The translations under genes and the position numbers were made by a program. From contig CBDIIB010000005.1 of the NCBI GenBank assembly GCA_965279525.1, positions 704,001 to 768,000 on the forward strand: a stretch of DNA of 64,000 nt, read 5' to 3'. The notes beneath the pieces are model-generated. The model made no database searches and had not been told where the DNA came from. It saw only the letters and a program-made list of their open reading frames with translations. Position 1 is the stretch's first letter; each line of letters begins with the position of its first letter. This document shows positions 39,301 to 47,881 of this stretch, in pieces. The DNA is from Tagaea sp. Lineage in GTDB: Bacteria; Pseudomonadota; Alphaproteobacteria; CACIAM-22H2.

Positions 39301-42205
39301 CAGATTCTGGAACATATGTCGTAGAAAGCTTCTTCTCGGTATCTTTATAGACTTCCAACGCCCTGAGAGCGCGGCCTGCGGCTTCTGCTTTTGCCGTCAA
39401 ATTTGGAGCGAATGCAAAGCGGAGATCCAGACCATGCGAACCGACAATGGAATCAACGAGTGCAAGCGCTTGTTTGGTTTGCAGGAGTGTCGAAAACTGA
39501 AAATTAATTCCGGTCGCCGCTACTATTTCCGCACAAGCTTCATTGAAATGGCGCTCCTCTGATAGGAACCCCTGTGCCGCAGCGGCAACCTGTTCCTGCC
39601 AGGCGTTCGACCACTCAATATGGGTTAAGTGGGAGAGACGGTCCATCAGACCGGAGACCGGCTGGGAATTCATCTGCAGGCGTCGGACTGCATCACGCAT
39701 CCTGGCCATGTCCTGAGCATCATGCTCGACTGAATCAGGCCAAGTGAGCTTAGGCAGTACGTCTGAGCCATCGCGAACTACAAGGCCGATTGCCTCGTGT
39801 AGCGTCAGCCCATTTGGGGCACGCTTATGCAGGGAGCGGACAAGCGAATTGAGGCCGTCGCGTAAACGAGCAAGCTCGCTTGCTTCTCGAGTCCATTCGT
39901 CATGGGAGAGCGATTCGGCGACATTCCATGCTGCATCAAGCTGTTCGAGAACGGCCGTTTTCGTTGCCTTATTTGAGTGAAGCTCGAGACAGAAATTCGA
40001 AAGTTTCTTGTCTGCGAGGCGCCTATGCACGACCTCAAGCGCTGCCATTTTCTCAGCGACGAACAAGATTCGCCGACCCAATGCCAGATTATGCGCGATG
40101 ATATTTGCAATTGTCTGTGACTTACCGGTACCTGGCGGTCCGTCCAGCACAAAATCCATTCCATCAGCAGATGCTACAGCCGCAGCTATCTGGGAGGAAT
40201 CAGCCGGCAACGGCAAAAACAGCTTGCTCGGGTCAACCTTGTCATCGAGCGCTTCGGGTGGAATGTGCTGTCGTGCGTTCGAATAGGTTTCTGACTTTCG
40301 GTCCAGCAAGTGCCGCACGATCGGGCTATCGCGAAGACTTGCCGAACGATCAACCAAATCCTTCCACATCAGGTATTTGGAAAATGAAAATGTGCCGAGC
40401 ACGATGTCCGTCGAAACTTCGAAGCCTTTCGAATCTCTGACGGCAGAACGAACCATGTTCCACACGCGTAAAATATCAATCCCGTCATTGTCTGTCGGAA
40501 GAGGCCCCGCGAGCGCGTCAACATTCAATTCGAAATCCTGACGAAGCAGCTCGACCAATGTGAGATTGAATCGCGCCTCATCTTCATGCGCTTTTAGTGT
40601 AAAGCCTGAACGCGCGCTTCGCCGTTCAAGACGAACCGGCAATAGTATCAATGGGGCACGATTTACTCTTTGATCTGAATCGGTTTTCTTCCACCTCAGA
40701 AATCCAAGAGCAAGAAATAGGGTGTTTGCGCCACCTTCGTTTATGTCCGAACGCGACTTACGATAAAGCTCTACAAGTGCTGATTCATGGTTCTTTGGAT
40801 CTACGTCGCTGATGATCTCATCTTTACCCAGTGCCTCGCGCGCGACGTCTTCACGAAGATTTGTCCTTCGCTGTTGATCGTAGATCTCACTATCTCGGCC
40901 GCCGGATGCCAAATCCGGCATCGGAACGATTCGTATCGAGTGACCTGCGGCCAATCGATCCTCGAGCTTTGCTGGGTCATGACAAAGGATCGGAACGCAA
41001 CTACTTCCAGCCGGCAAATTCAAAAGCCTATTGCGGGCGGTGAGATCGAGAAGCTTTCTCTGCCATAGAGTAATTCGATCGAGAACCGCATCGGGTTTTG
41101 CGGCAATGGCATCACCAGATTCATCTGGCAGCGGCGGCGGCTCTTCGAGGCCTGGCGGCACATCCTCTTGCTGCGTAGCTTCTGATACTTCTTGAGGGCC
41201 GCGCAAATTGTCTAAAGGCTTGATTTGGCGCATTCGGCCGCGGCGAATGTCGATAACGGCGTAGAAGCCTTCATCATTTTCCGGCACCAGCAGGCGTCGC
41301 GCCTCTTGAACCGCTTGCGAGAATGACGGCGTGGGCACTTGAGTCGCGAACGTCGTCTCAAACACAACGATTTCTTCAAGGTCAAGTCGCTTACGGAGTG
41401 CCGCTGCCTCATCAGTTGCTATATCGGCGAACTCCCGAGACTGAAGCCAGGCGCCGGCGAATGCGTGCCCCTTGATCATAACAATCAAAGGATTTAGCCC
41501 CATCTGCTCCATTGCGGCGGCAAACAGTGTCGCCGTGTCGAGGCAGGTCGCGACGCGGCCCTCCAGGATCGCCCCTGGAGATCTTATTTTCTGACCTGAT
41601 TGCTCAAAGCTTGCAGGCGGAAGTGCATAACTGAGCCGCAATCCTGCTACAGCCGACCAAAGGGCCGATATCAATGTCCACGATCGTTGCCGCGACTTGG
41701 CTTCGTAACCATCCAAACCAGACGGCTTACCTGCGCGCCGTAAAGTCTCCGAGGCAGCTTTTAGTACTTTGTCGACGGCCGGATCGTTCGGCATTACGAA
41801 TGCGGGCAAAAGCTCGGCCATGGATGCCGTGCCGCCCCATTCTGACCGCGCGAGCACTTCAACTGGAGCATGGCTGGTAGCGATATCTGCCCCGTCCTTG
41901 ACCAAGCGAAGCGTGACGGTTCCGCGCACGGATTCAGTCAAGGCGCCGAGATAGGTCGCGTTAAGCTGGACGTTGCGGTCCGGAATTCGCAATGTCGTGT
42001 CTGGATCAATACGATCCAATCGCCATATCTTGTTAGTCAGGAATGGTGGATCTGCGACCAACTCCAGAACTAAGTCCGAGATCGGAATTGAGCTTTGGTT
42101 GACTATCGAGAGTTCGCGCAAAAGAGGTGCCGCATTCTGATGCGATGCGAACCCGATTTTCCCGGAGACGATGGACTGAATCTCGATATCCATGTAGATT
42201 TTCAC
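36365..42205 (-). CDS. DUF4011-SF1 helicase-Vsr-like nuclease-DUF3320 protein (Hhe-type anti-phage protein)
   Basis: WQRKLLDLTARNRLLN, GPPGTGKS, DEASQ, HYRS, QGDE, RRLNVAITRAK and ESPFE...IDL...ECDG..YH motifs; 1946 aa. Confidence 0.85.
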   Translation of the reverse strand: MKIYMDIEIQSIVSGKIGFASHQNAAPLLRELSIVNQSSIPISDLVLELVADPPFLTNKIWRLDRIDPDTTLRIPDRNVQLNATYLGALTESVRGTVTLRLVKDGADIATSHAPVEVLARSEWGGTASMAELLPAFVMPNDPAVDKVLKAASETLRRAGKPSGLDGYEAKSRQRSWTLISALWSAVAGLRLSYALPPASFEQSGQKIRSPGAILEGRVATCLDTATLFAAAMEQMGLNPLIVMIKGHAFAGAWLQSREFADIATDEAAALRKRLDLEEIVVFETTFATQVPTPSFSQAVQEARRLLVPENDEGFYAVIDIRRGRMRQIKPLDNLRGPQEVSEATQQEDVPPGLEEPPPLPDESGDAIAAKPDAVLDRITLWQRKLLDLTARNRLLNLPAGSSCVPILCHDPAKLEDRLAAGHSIRIVPMPDLASGGRDSEIYDQQRRTNLREDVAREALGKDEIISDVDPKNHESALVELYRKSRSDINEGGANTLFLALGFLRWKKTDSDQRVNRAPLILLPVRLERRSARSGFTLKAHEDEARFNLTLVELLRQDFELNVDALAGPLPTDNDGIDILRVWNMVRSAVRDSKGFEVSTDIVLGTFSFSKYLMWKDLVDRSASLRDSPIVRHLLDRKSETYSNARQHIPPEALDDKVDPSKLFLPLPADSSQIAAAVASADGMDFVLDGPPGTGKSQTIANIIAHNLALGRRILFVAEKMAALEVVHRRLADKKLSNFCLELHSNKATKTAVLEQLDAAWNVAESLSHDEWTREASELARLRDGLNSLVRSLHKRAPNGLTLHEAIGLVVRDGSDVLPKLTWPDSVEHDAQDMARMRDAVRRLQMNSQPVSGLMDRLSHLTHIEWSNAWQEQVAAAAQGFLSEERHFNEACAEIVAATGINFQFSTLLQTKQALALVDSIVGSHGLDLRFAFAPNLTAKAEAAGRALRALEVYKDTEKKLSTTYVPESARRIEWRSLIGLWHEAKAKIWPLSHFSKKKIAATLQAHGGTTTPPDPERDLPIIEVLAGSLSELDAVSADLSGMPGWAQLNSDSNQLRKAVELGLKLRQTISEFAGNPDELADIRQKVSRLVIDANDVLGEGGKIQRSLTTLKLSLSRLSAAASSLMTLSSGSPLDQIRSISTLASSIVESRAQLNAWCSWMRASNEAMSFGLSPIVDLAKAGLSAGSDLSQLFEIVYARWFAARTIDADPIIRNFVAAEHLAKIEDFRKLDDKLSDLSVRYIKTVLTKGIPRKDDALQDGGYAVLRHQLQLQRRHKPIRQLITDMGPAFTHLAPCMLMSPLSVAQYLPPDKTLFDLIIFDEASQIAPWDAIGVIARGKQLIVAGDHRQMPPTNFFSRGASSVDDDIDEDMESILDECKAAGLPQIGLTWHYRSQHESLIAFSNDRYYEGSLVTFPAPITKKSAVTWRKIDGVYSKGKSQTNSVEAQAMVDEVVRRLRDGAKSGAADSIAVVTLNSQQQALVEDLLDKARRGYPEIEPFFDEDITEPVVVKNLETVQGDERDVVLLGIGFGPTTQGSDTMSMHFGPLNREGGWRRLNVAITRAKKEMVVFTSFSPGMIDLHRTSARAVADLKHFIEFAERGPRALATSTRGSVGGYESPFEAAVAAELGTLGWRVIPQIGVSRFRIDLGVVHPDRLGDYLVGVECDGAMYHSGATARDRDKIRAAILEKLGWKLVRIWSTDWWIDKKGALARTHEAINQILSESREREASVANVVAAADAATAVYANIEVLPDNRVPEAPAVQVTEAEPVRELFARGASASATKGVVGTFRPANAQDSQLILDRNKFEDPDYVPTLVKLIAFVLECEAPMRDDVLVERVARAHGFQRSGDRIRDRVIKIARRSHFICKDPVGGRFAWLNEPQWAAWSIARKPFDDSSVRLIEDIASEEIRMAQQLCAGGDAPIEIARYFGIRRLSAAARDRIENALKA

Positions 42206-42303
42206 TCTACTTTGGGTCGACTTGGCGGCTTTAAGATGACATCATAAATGATCTTCGTCGAGATATCGTCTGACTCGAGAAGAATAATTGGCCGAGGCAC
42301 CGA

Positions 42304-43131
42304 ATGCACATCAGCATTGGCGGAACATTGGTCGCTTCTGCCACCTGGAATCCGATCTATTTAAAGAATTGTATCGGATCATATGAACTGTATTTTCCGT
42401 TTTCACTGATCGCGAGCGGCGCAGATCATTCCCTCAGCGCCCAGCTCCATGGTGCTCAGGTCGAGTTAAAGGGAATTTCGGACCGACGGATTGAGCTTGG
42501 CTACGCACGTCCGGAGCATCCAATATCGATCGATGGAGTTAAGCGCGAATGGATGTCGGCCTTCATCCTCCCGCTGTCGCCTCTCCATATCGAAGAGATA
42601 GAAGTGATACGGCGCGATACCGATCTGGATTTCGCACTCGATATTCGAGCCACTGCCCAGAAGGGCGATGAACGGCGACAGATTGATCAGAATGTCTGGC
42701 ACCAGCCGATGCCCCGCTCCAAATGGATCGACATCCTGGCGGCTGCCGGTGCCCACAGCTCCATACTGATAAATGTCGAATGTCCCGTCGCCGCCCGTGA
42801 TCCCGGCCGACAGGCAATTTTCACGCTATTCAAATCAGCTCAAGCCTCATTCATGCGAGGCGCTTATATGGAATGCATATCGACCTGCCGGACTGCTTTG
42901 GAAGCGGTTCAAAAATCGACTGCCAGGAACTTTCAAAATTCGTTTGATCTGTTGAATGGCGATCGCCGCTCGATTGGTAGAACTGAGCGCGAAAACCTTA
43001 TCGGCGCCGCGGTCCTCCTCTACACCCATAAAGCACATCACCTTGATGGCGGGCAGGCGCCTGAATTTGGCCCGAGCGATGCGAAATTCGTTCTCTCCAC
43101 GACGGCGGCAGTGATTCAAAAGCTTAGCTAA
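42304..43131 (+). CDS. Hypothetical protein with possible C-terminal HEPN/Abi-like helical domain
   Basis: 275 aa, SD GAGG; C-terminal CRTALE...THKAHH...DAKFVL pattern. Confidence 0.6.
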   Translation: MHISIGGTLVASATWNPIYLKNCIGSYELYFPFSLIASGADHSLSAQLHGAQVELKGISDRRIELGYARPEHPISIDGVKREWMSAFILPLSPLHIEEIEVIRRDTDLDFALDIRATAQKGDERRQIDQNVWHQPMPRSKWIDILAAAGAHSSILINVECPVAARDPGRQAIFTLFKSAQASFMRGAYMECISTCRTALEAVQKSTARNFQNSFDLLNGDRRSIGRTERENLIGAAVLLYTHKAHHLDGGQAPEFGPSDAKFVLSTTAAVIQKLS

Positions 43132-43262
43132 TATCCGCCAATAGCCCCAAGGCGGCTCGTTCGTTCGCTTAGAATTTCTGTCATTCACGTAAACTGTATT
43201 ATTGACACTAAAGCACGCAAAATCTGGCACCGGTTTATAGCTCTCAGGGGCCGGGCTTGGGC

Positions 43263-45581
43263 CTATAAGGCCGTCGGTCTACAAATGCTCTCGATAGCGT
43301 TGTAATGAACCGCATCACTGGCCTTCATTAATTCAACCAAGGAATTAGCTGCGCGGTCTGCCTCTTCTACAGTCATCGAAGATTGAGTGATCAGATCGTC
43401 GAGGCTATCACCATGCGACTCAACCTGGCTGAGGCGCTCGAGCGCAGCAAACTTTGTCCTGTCAATTTCCGGAGGCAATCCCGACAGGAGCTTCCGGATC
43501 TTCTCGTCCAAGCCGAAGGAACCGGGGACTTTGAATGACAAAAATACATCAAGAACTTTTCGTAGCGCGTTTGGCACAACGAAGAAGTAAGTAGCGGGGT
43601 CGTCAATCTTGCGAATGAAGCGAAGGATAAGGTGAAACAGATAGTGGTACTCAGATTCGTATTCGCGAATGTACTTAGGCATATTCTGGAATCTTGTCCG
43701 GCGATCGGTTTCTCCCGCCTTCTGAAACGAATTTAGAAACACGAGCGCGGCAGCTGGCTCTCTTCCGGTCTCTTCCTTGCTTCTCGCTCTATTCTTGAGC
43801 CACTTCTTAACTTCATTCATGAAGTTAAGGTTATGGGTCAAAATAAAAAGCTGTGAAATCGAATCATCTAATCGCGCCTTAAGCATGCAGAACGCATAGT
43901 TGAGCGCGCCGCTGTCCAAGCTCGAAATCGGATCGTCGAGGACAATGATCAAGTCTTTCAGGCGCCGGCCATCTGCTTCGAGCATTGTCAGGAAGTAGCA
44001 AAGGGCTATGGCGGTCCTTTCTCCTTCGCTGAGCCAGCCGGTCATCGGCGCTCCGCTTCTGAAAATTTCATATCCTTCATCACGAGGCCTGAACTCAATT
44101 TCGGTACGTCCGAGATAGTTCGCAATAAGCTTATTTAAGGTCTCGGCAGCCCCTTGATGCTCTCGCATACGACGCTTGAGGGCATCGATTTCTTCCCTTA
44201 CGGCATCACGCGCGATCTTCTTTTCTTTTGCAGTATCGACGGCGATTTTTTCGCTACTCTCCAGTGAAGCGTACTCTTCATAGTTTTCCCTAAGATAGTG
44301 GCGCCTCAAGGAGTTCTTGGCATGGTCCTGCTCCGTCGCAAAGTCGTCGTGCGCCTTATTATGGGCCCAGATCACATCCACTAAAGTTGCCATGCCGGTA
44401 GAGAGTAGGCGATCAACCTCAATTGAAGTCTCGGCACTGATCACCTTATCGAGATCTATCGCGACGTTCGGGCGACTTAACTTGGCCCTCAAAGCCGAGA
44501 CGAGAGATTCGAGAATCTCAATGCCTTTTCCCCGCGCCGTAGCAACAATCTCTGACGCGGACTTGAAGTCTTCTTGCCTGACTGAAATGTCATTCGAGGA
44601 GTACATCATCAGCGATCGAAATTTCTCCACGGAACGCGTCGTGGCATCGTGAAGGGTCTGAATTCCGGCAATTAGTGCGTCGTACTTGTCGTCAATCGCA
44701 GTCGCAAGGCTCTCCAAGCGGCCATGTGGGATATCACTTGAGCAAAACAAGCATTTCGATAGTTCCTTTGATTGGTGATACGAGATGCCCGTCTTGATCC
44801 ACGGCAGCATCGACTCGTTATCCTTTAGCTCTTTAAGCGAAATCGATCCGAGCGTAACGGCGAGACGATCACGGCACTCACTGACGAGCTCGGAGATAAA
44901 TAGATCTTCGAATGTTGGAACAACCAGCTTTGGCAGTGGCGCTGCTCGATCGGCAAGCGCTACGTAGCCCTTGATCTGGGCTTCGGTCACCTGAAGTGAA
45001 GTGCCAACGTCCGGATCTTCGCTGTAGGCCTTTGCAAGTTGAGTTGCATTAAATTTTCGCGCGCCTTGACGAGCATTCGCCTCGATGCTTCGAGCCATTG
45101 CCGTTTTTCTTGTCTCAAACGCCTTACTGGCTTCGCGCTGAGCTTTGTCTGCTCTCTCGTATTCTTCTTCGAGATCCGGGAGTTTTTTTTCCAAAGTTTC
45201 GCGCTGTTTTGCGAGATCAGCTTGCGCCTTTCCAATAAAGTAAATCGGACTTGCGCTTCCTGAAGTCCACTGGAGATTCTCGTCCACGAAATCACCATTG
45301 AACACAAGAATGCGGTCTTTCAAGCGATCAAGATTGCGGTCGCTTTGAATCTCAGATGCATCGTCAAGTGAGAATTTGAAGCCAGATTCGGGAGGCAGCT
45401 TGTCGGCTATTGCACCTTTCTGAATTGATGCAAAAACCCGTGATAGCGACGTCTTTCCAGAACCATTGAATCCATAAATGAGATTGTAGCGTTTGAACTC
45501 AGGCAGATCAGACACGACCGCAGGATCCCGAAATACATGAATGCCTGTAATCGATGAAATCTTGGAAATGATCGGCGGCAT
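43263..45581 (-). CDS. RloC-like AAA_13 ABC-ATPase with zinc hook and C-terminal HEPN nuclease
   Basis: GFNGSGKT, CLFC hook within coiled coil, LSEGE, LDDPISSLD, LTHN and R-x6-H (RLSQVESH); SD GGAGGG before ATG 45581. Confidence 0.82.
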   Translation of the reverse strand: MPPIISKISSITGIHVFRDPAVVSDLPEFKRYNLIYGFNGSGKTSLSRVFASIQKGAIADKLPPESGFKFSLDDASEIQSDRNLDRLKDRILVFNGDFVDENLQWTSGSASPIYFIGKAQADLAKQRETLEKKLPDLEEEYERADKAQREASKAFETRKTAMARSIEANARQGARKFNATQLAKAYSEDPDVGTSLQVTEAQIKGYVALADRAAPLPKLVVPTFEDLFISELVSECRDRLAVTLGSISLKELKDNESMLPWIKTGISYHQSKELSKCLFCSSDIPHGRLESLATAIDDKYDALIAGIQTLHDATTRSVEKFRSLMMYSSNDISVRQEDFKSASEIVATARGKGIEILESLVSALRAKLSRPNVAIDLDKVISAETSIEVDRLLSTGMATLVDVIWAHNKAHDDFATEQDHAKNSLRRHYLRENYEEYASLESSEKIAVDTAKEKKIARDAVREEIDALKRRMREHQGAAETLNKLIANYLGRTEIEFRPRDEGYEIFRSGAPMTGWLSEGERTAIALCYFLTMLEADGRRLKDLIIVLDDPISSLDSGALNYAFCMLKARLDDSISQLFILTHNLNFMNEVKKWLKNRARSKEETGREPAAALVFLNSFQKAGETDRRTRFQNMPKYIREYESEYHYLFHLILRFIRKIDDPATYFFVVPNALRKVLDVFLSFKVPGSFGLDEKIRKLLSGLPPEIDRTKFAALERLSQVESHGDSLDDLITQSSMTVEEADRAANSLVELMKASDAVHYNAIESICRPTAL

Positions 45582-45714
45582 AGATTTCGTCCCTCCGGAG
45601 AAGGGTACGCTCCAAGATTGCGCAATTTGTGTCAACATACATCTGTAATGTGGGAACCTGGTTGCGTGCTCTGGGCATCGAAGCGAGGAATCTGCCTCCG
45701 TAATTCTTATCGTT

Positions 45715-45811
45715 CGGTAGGGGGCCAGGGATTCGAACCCTGCCGTTCCAGGCTATCTGCCCAGTCTCGCGCGAGTATAAGCCGCGCCCGCACTTACCAG
45801 TGCTGCCCCCC
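45715..45811 (-). tRNA. Irregular tRNA/tRNA-like RNA, anticodon UAU, long variable arm
   Basis: Manual cloverleaf: acceptor GGGGGGC/GCCCCCT; D arm GCAC-TGGTAA-GTGC; anticodon arm GCGCGG-CTTATAC-TCGCGC; variable arm CTGGGC-AGATA-GCCTGG; T arm CAGGG-TTCGAAT-CCCTG; ends A-CCG. Confidence 0.8.
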
Positions 45812-45836
45812 AAAGGAACACGATGTTGCTGCAGGC

Positions 45837-47879
45837 TTAGGGCCTCGGACGACGATCCGGATCGTTCTTCCCGATCGTGAAATTGTTCCGCAGCGCCCCT
45901 TTGTCGTGGAGTTCCTTGCGATCCATGACCCGGAATTCCTTTGGAATGTCCTTCCGCGGATAGAAGCGCGTCGGCATCCCCCGCAGCGAGAGCGGCTTAA
46001 TACGGAAGAACGTGCAACTTCCGACGATAAGGTCGGGATGGATTTTTCGACCGGGCTGCTTATCCTCATAGGTCCGCCGCAGCTTGTTCTGCGAGATGTA
46101 CTGCCGGTCGAACGCGTCGAGATCCCCCGTGAGGACACGCGCTGCAGGCCCGCCATGCAGGTCGCGGTATTCCTGCAAATACCCATCGCGAATTAGTGCT
46201 GAGACTGCTGTCTTATCGACCATCAGCCGCTTGGCAACCTGTTCCAGAGAGTGGGTCGGATTTTTGATCCCCATCTCCGCGTAGGCCCATTTGTGGGCAC
46301 TATCCCGATCGAAGATCATGCGCTCAAGGAGGTTGTGCTCCTCGGGATCGAACTTGATCGGGATCAGCTTCCCGCTCAGCACCGCGCTCACGACGGTCGA
46401 CCACGGATAGTCGACATTCTTCTTCAGCATTTCGACGACGACCTTCGTCGTGACCTGGGTGCCCGAGATGAGCATGGGGCGGACACTCGCCTCGAGTGCC
46501 GTAGCGATGGCGTCAATCTCCGCGCGCCGGTATAGCGCCTTAGCCATGCCGACCAGACGCAGGTACTCCGGCTCCACCTGCTTGAGCAGGCCGCTGTCGC
46601 ATAGATCGGCCACGACATCGTGCCTCAGGCGCCATTCTCCCCGGAGGGTTCGCGCGGAGATCATGCTCTGTAGGGCCGACATCACCTCATCGACCTTCTT
46701 CCGGCTGATCCGGAGAGGCGTACCGCTTCCCTGCCCCTCGGACAGCAGAACACCGGGGAATTTCAGGAGCTCGGTGATCCGTCGGTGGCTCCAGCCGTAC
46801 TTGGCCTTCACGTCCCGGAGCATGATGCCGTCGGAAACGTCCCCGACGGCTTCGGCCAGCGGGGTACCGGCTTTCAGGGAGATTTCGGGATGTGCCTCGA
46901 GAAAGGACCGGACGGCCGGAACGACCACGGCCCAGATCTCAGCTTCTGCACTCCATTCCCGCAGCAGGATCTGGAAGTAGCCGAATGCCTTCTTGGTCCC
47001 GTAGGCGCCAGCCCGCTCCTCCGAGATCATCTTCTCCTCCTCCAGATAGCCAAGGAGGGCATCCGGCCAGCCCGTGGCGATCTGGTAGGCGTGCAGCACG
47101 GCCTGGGACCAGTCGAGATGCGTGGTCCGGTGTCCCGGCTTCCTGGGCTCGATCAAGCGATCGACCGCGTTCTTTGGCCTCCGAGCGGCCTTCTCCTCGT
47201 CCATGCCAGCGGCCAGCGAGAACACGAACTTGAAGAGCCTACCGGTACCAAGATCCCGGATCTCGGGTGCCAGAGCCTCGCTGGCAGCCTTGGCCCGCTC
47301 GGGATCGAGGGATACGAGGTCGGCAAGCCCGGCAATCGCCACCCGGGTATCTTCGTCGACCTGATCGGGGGCCCCCGCCGCGATCGGCTCCCCACAGGCG
47401 TGGCAGGTCAGGAAGTCCGACTTGCCCCAGGAGAACTCAGTATCGCAGTGCGGGCAGGCCCCGATCAGACGCTCACCGTTCGCCGGATCGGCGATGACGA
47501 AGGTCAGGTCCCAGGACATCCGATGAATGCCCGTCGCTCTGAAGTCATGGGGTGCGATCCGGGGTGAGCCCCCGGAGAACACCGCCCGCTCGATCCAGTT
47601 CCCAGCGAAGCAGACCAGACTGACGAACTCCGGGACCGCCTCATAGCGACGCCGATCCAGCTCGGCTTTGGACACACCCAACCGCGCTGCGACTGCCTCC
47701 AGGCCGGCCCCCGTCCGGTGGAACTCAGACAGGCTGCGGGCTTCCGCCTCCGTCGCCGGGAGGATCGAAGACGGCCCCGGCAGTACGAGATCCTTAGCGA
47801 CGCGAAGGAAGTAGCCGTTGAGGCTCTCGTCCGGCTGCAGAGAGAGCGTGATGGAGAAGGCGGTCGTGATCTTATCCAT
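45837..47879 (-). CDS. tniQ: TniQ/TnsD target selector
   Basis: PDESLNGYFLRVA N-terminus, CPHC/CHAC zinc ligands and a long HTH-rich C-terminus; fourth gene of the tns operon. Confidence 0.85.
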   Translation of the reverse strand: MDKITTAFSITLSLQPDESLNGYFLRVAKDLVLPGPSSILPATEAEARSLSEFHRTGAGLEAVAARLGVSKAELDRRRYEAVPEFVSLVCFAGNWIERAVFSGGSPRIAPHDFRATGIHRMSWDLTFVIADPANGERLIGACPHCDTEFSWGKSDFLTCHACGEPIAAGAPDQVDEDTRVAIAGLADLVSLDPERAKAASEALAPEIRDLGTGRLFKFVFSLAAGMDEEKAARRPKNAVDRLIEPRKPGHRTTHLDWSQAVLHAYQIATGWPDALLGYLEEEKMISEERAGAYGTKKAFGYFQILLREWSAEAEIWAVVVPAVRSFLEAHPEISLKAGTPLAEAVGDVSDGIMLRDVKAKYGWSHRRITELLKFPGVLLSEGQGSGTPLRISRKKVDEVMSALQSMISARTLRGEWRLRHDVVADLCDSGLLKQVEPEYLRLVGMAKALYRRAEIDAIATALEASVRPMLISGTQVTTKVVVEMLKKNVDYPWSTVVSAVLSGKLIPIKFDPEEHNLLERMIFDRDSAHKWAYAEMGIKNPTHSLEQVAKRLMVDKTAVSALIRDGYLQEYRDLHGGPAARVLTGDLDAFDRQYISQNKLRRTYEDKQPGRKIHPDLIVGSCTFFRIKPLSLRGMPTRFYPRKDIPKEFRVMDRKELHDKGALRNNFTIGKNDPDRRPRP

Positions 47880-47881
47880 CG

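Noticed and set aside
45715-45811. tRNA-like gene as an integrase attachment-site remnant
   Set aside because: It is full length rather than a 3' fragment, and no tyrosine or serine integrase is present in the window
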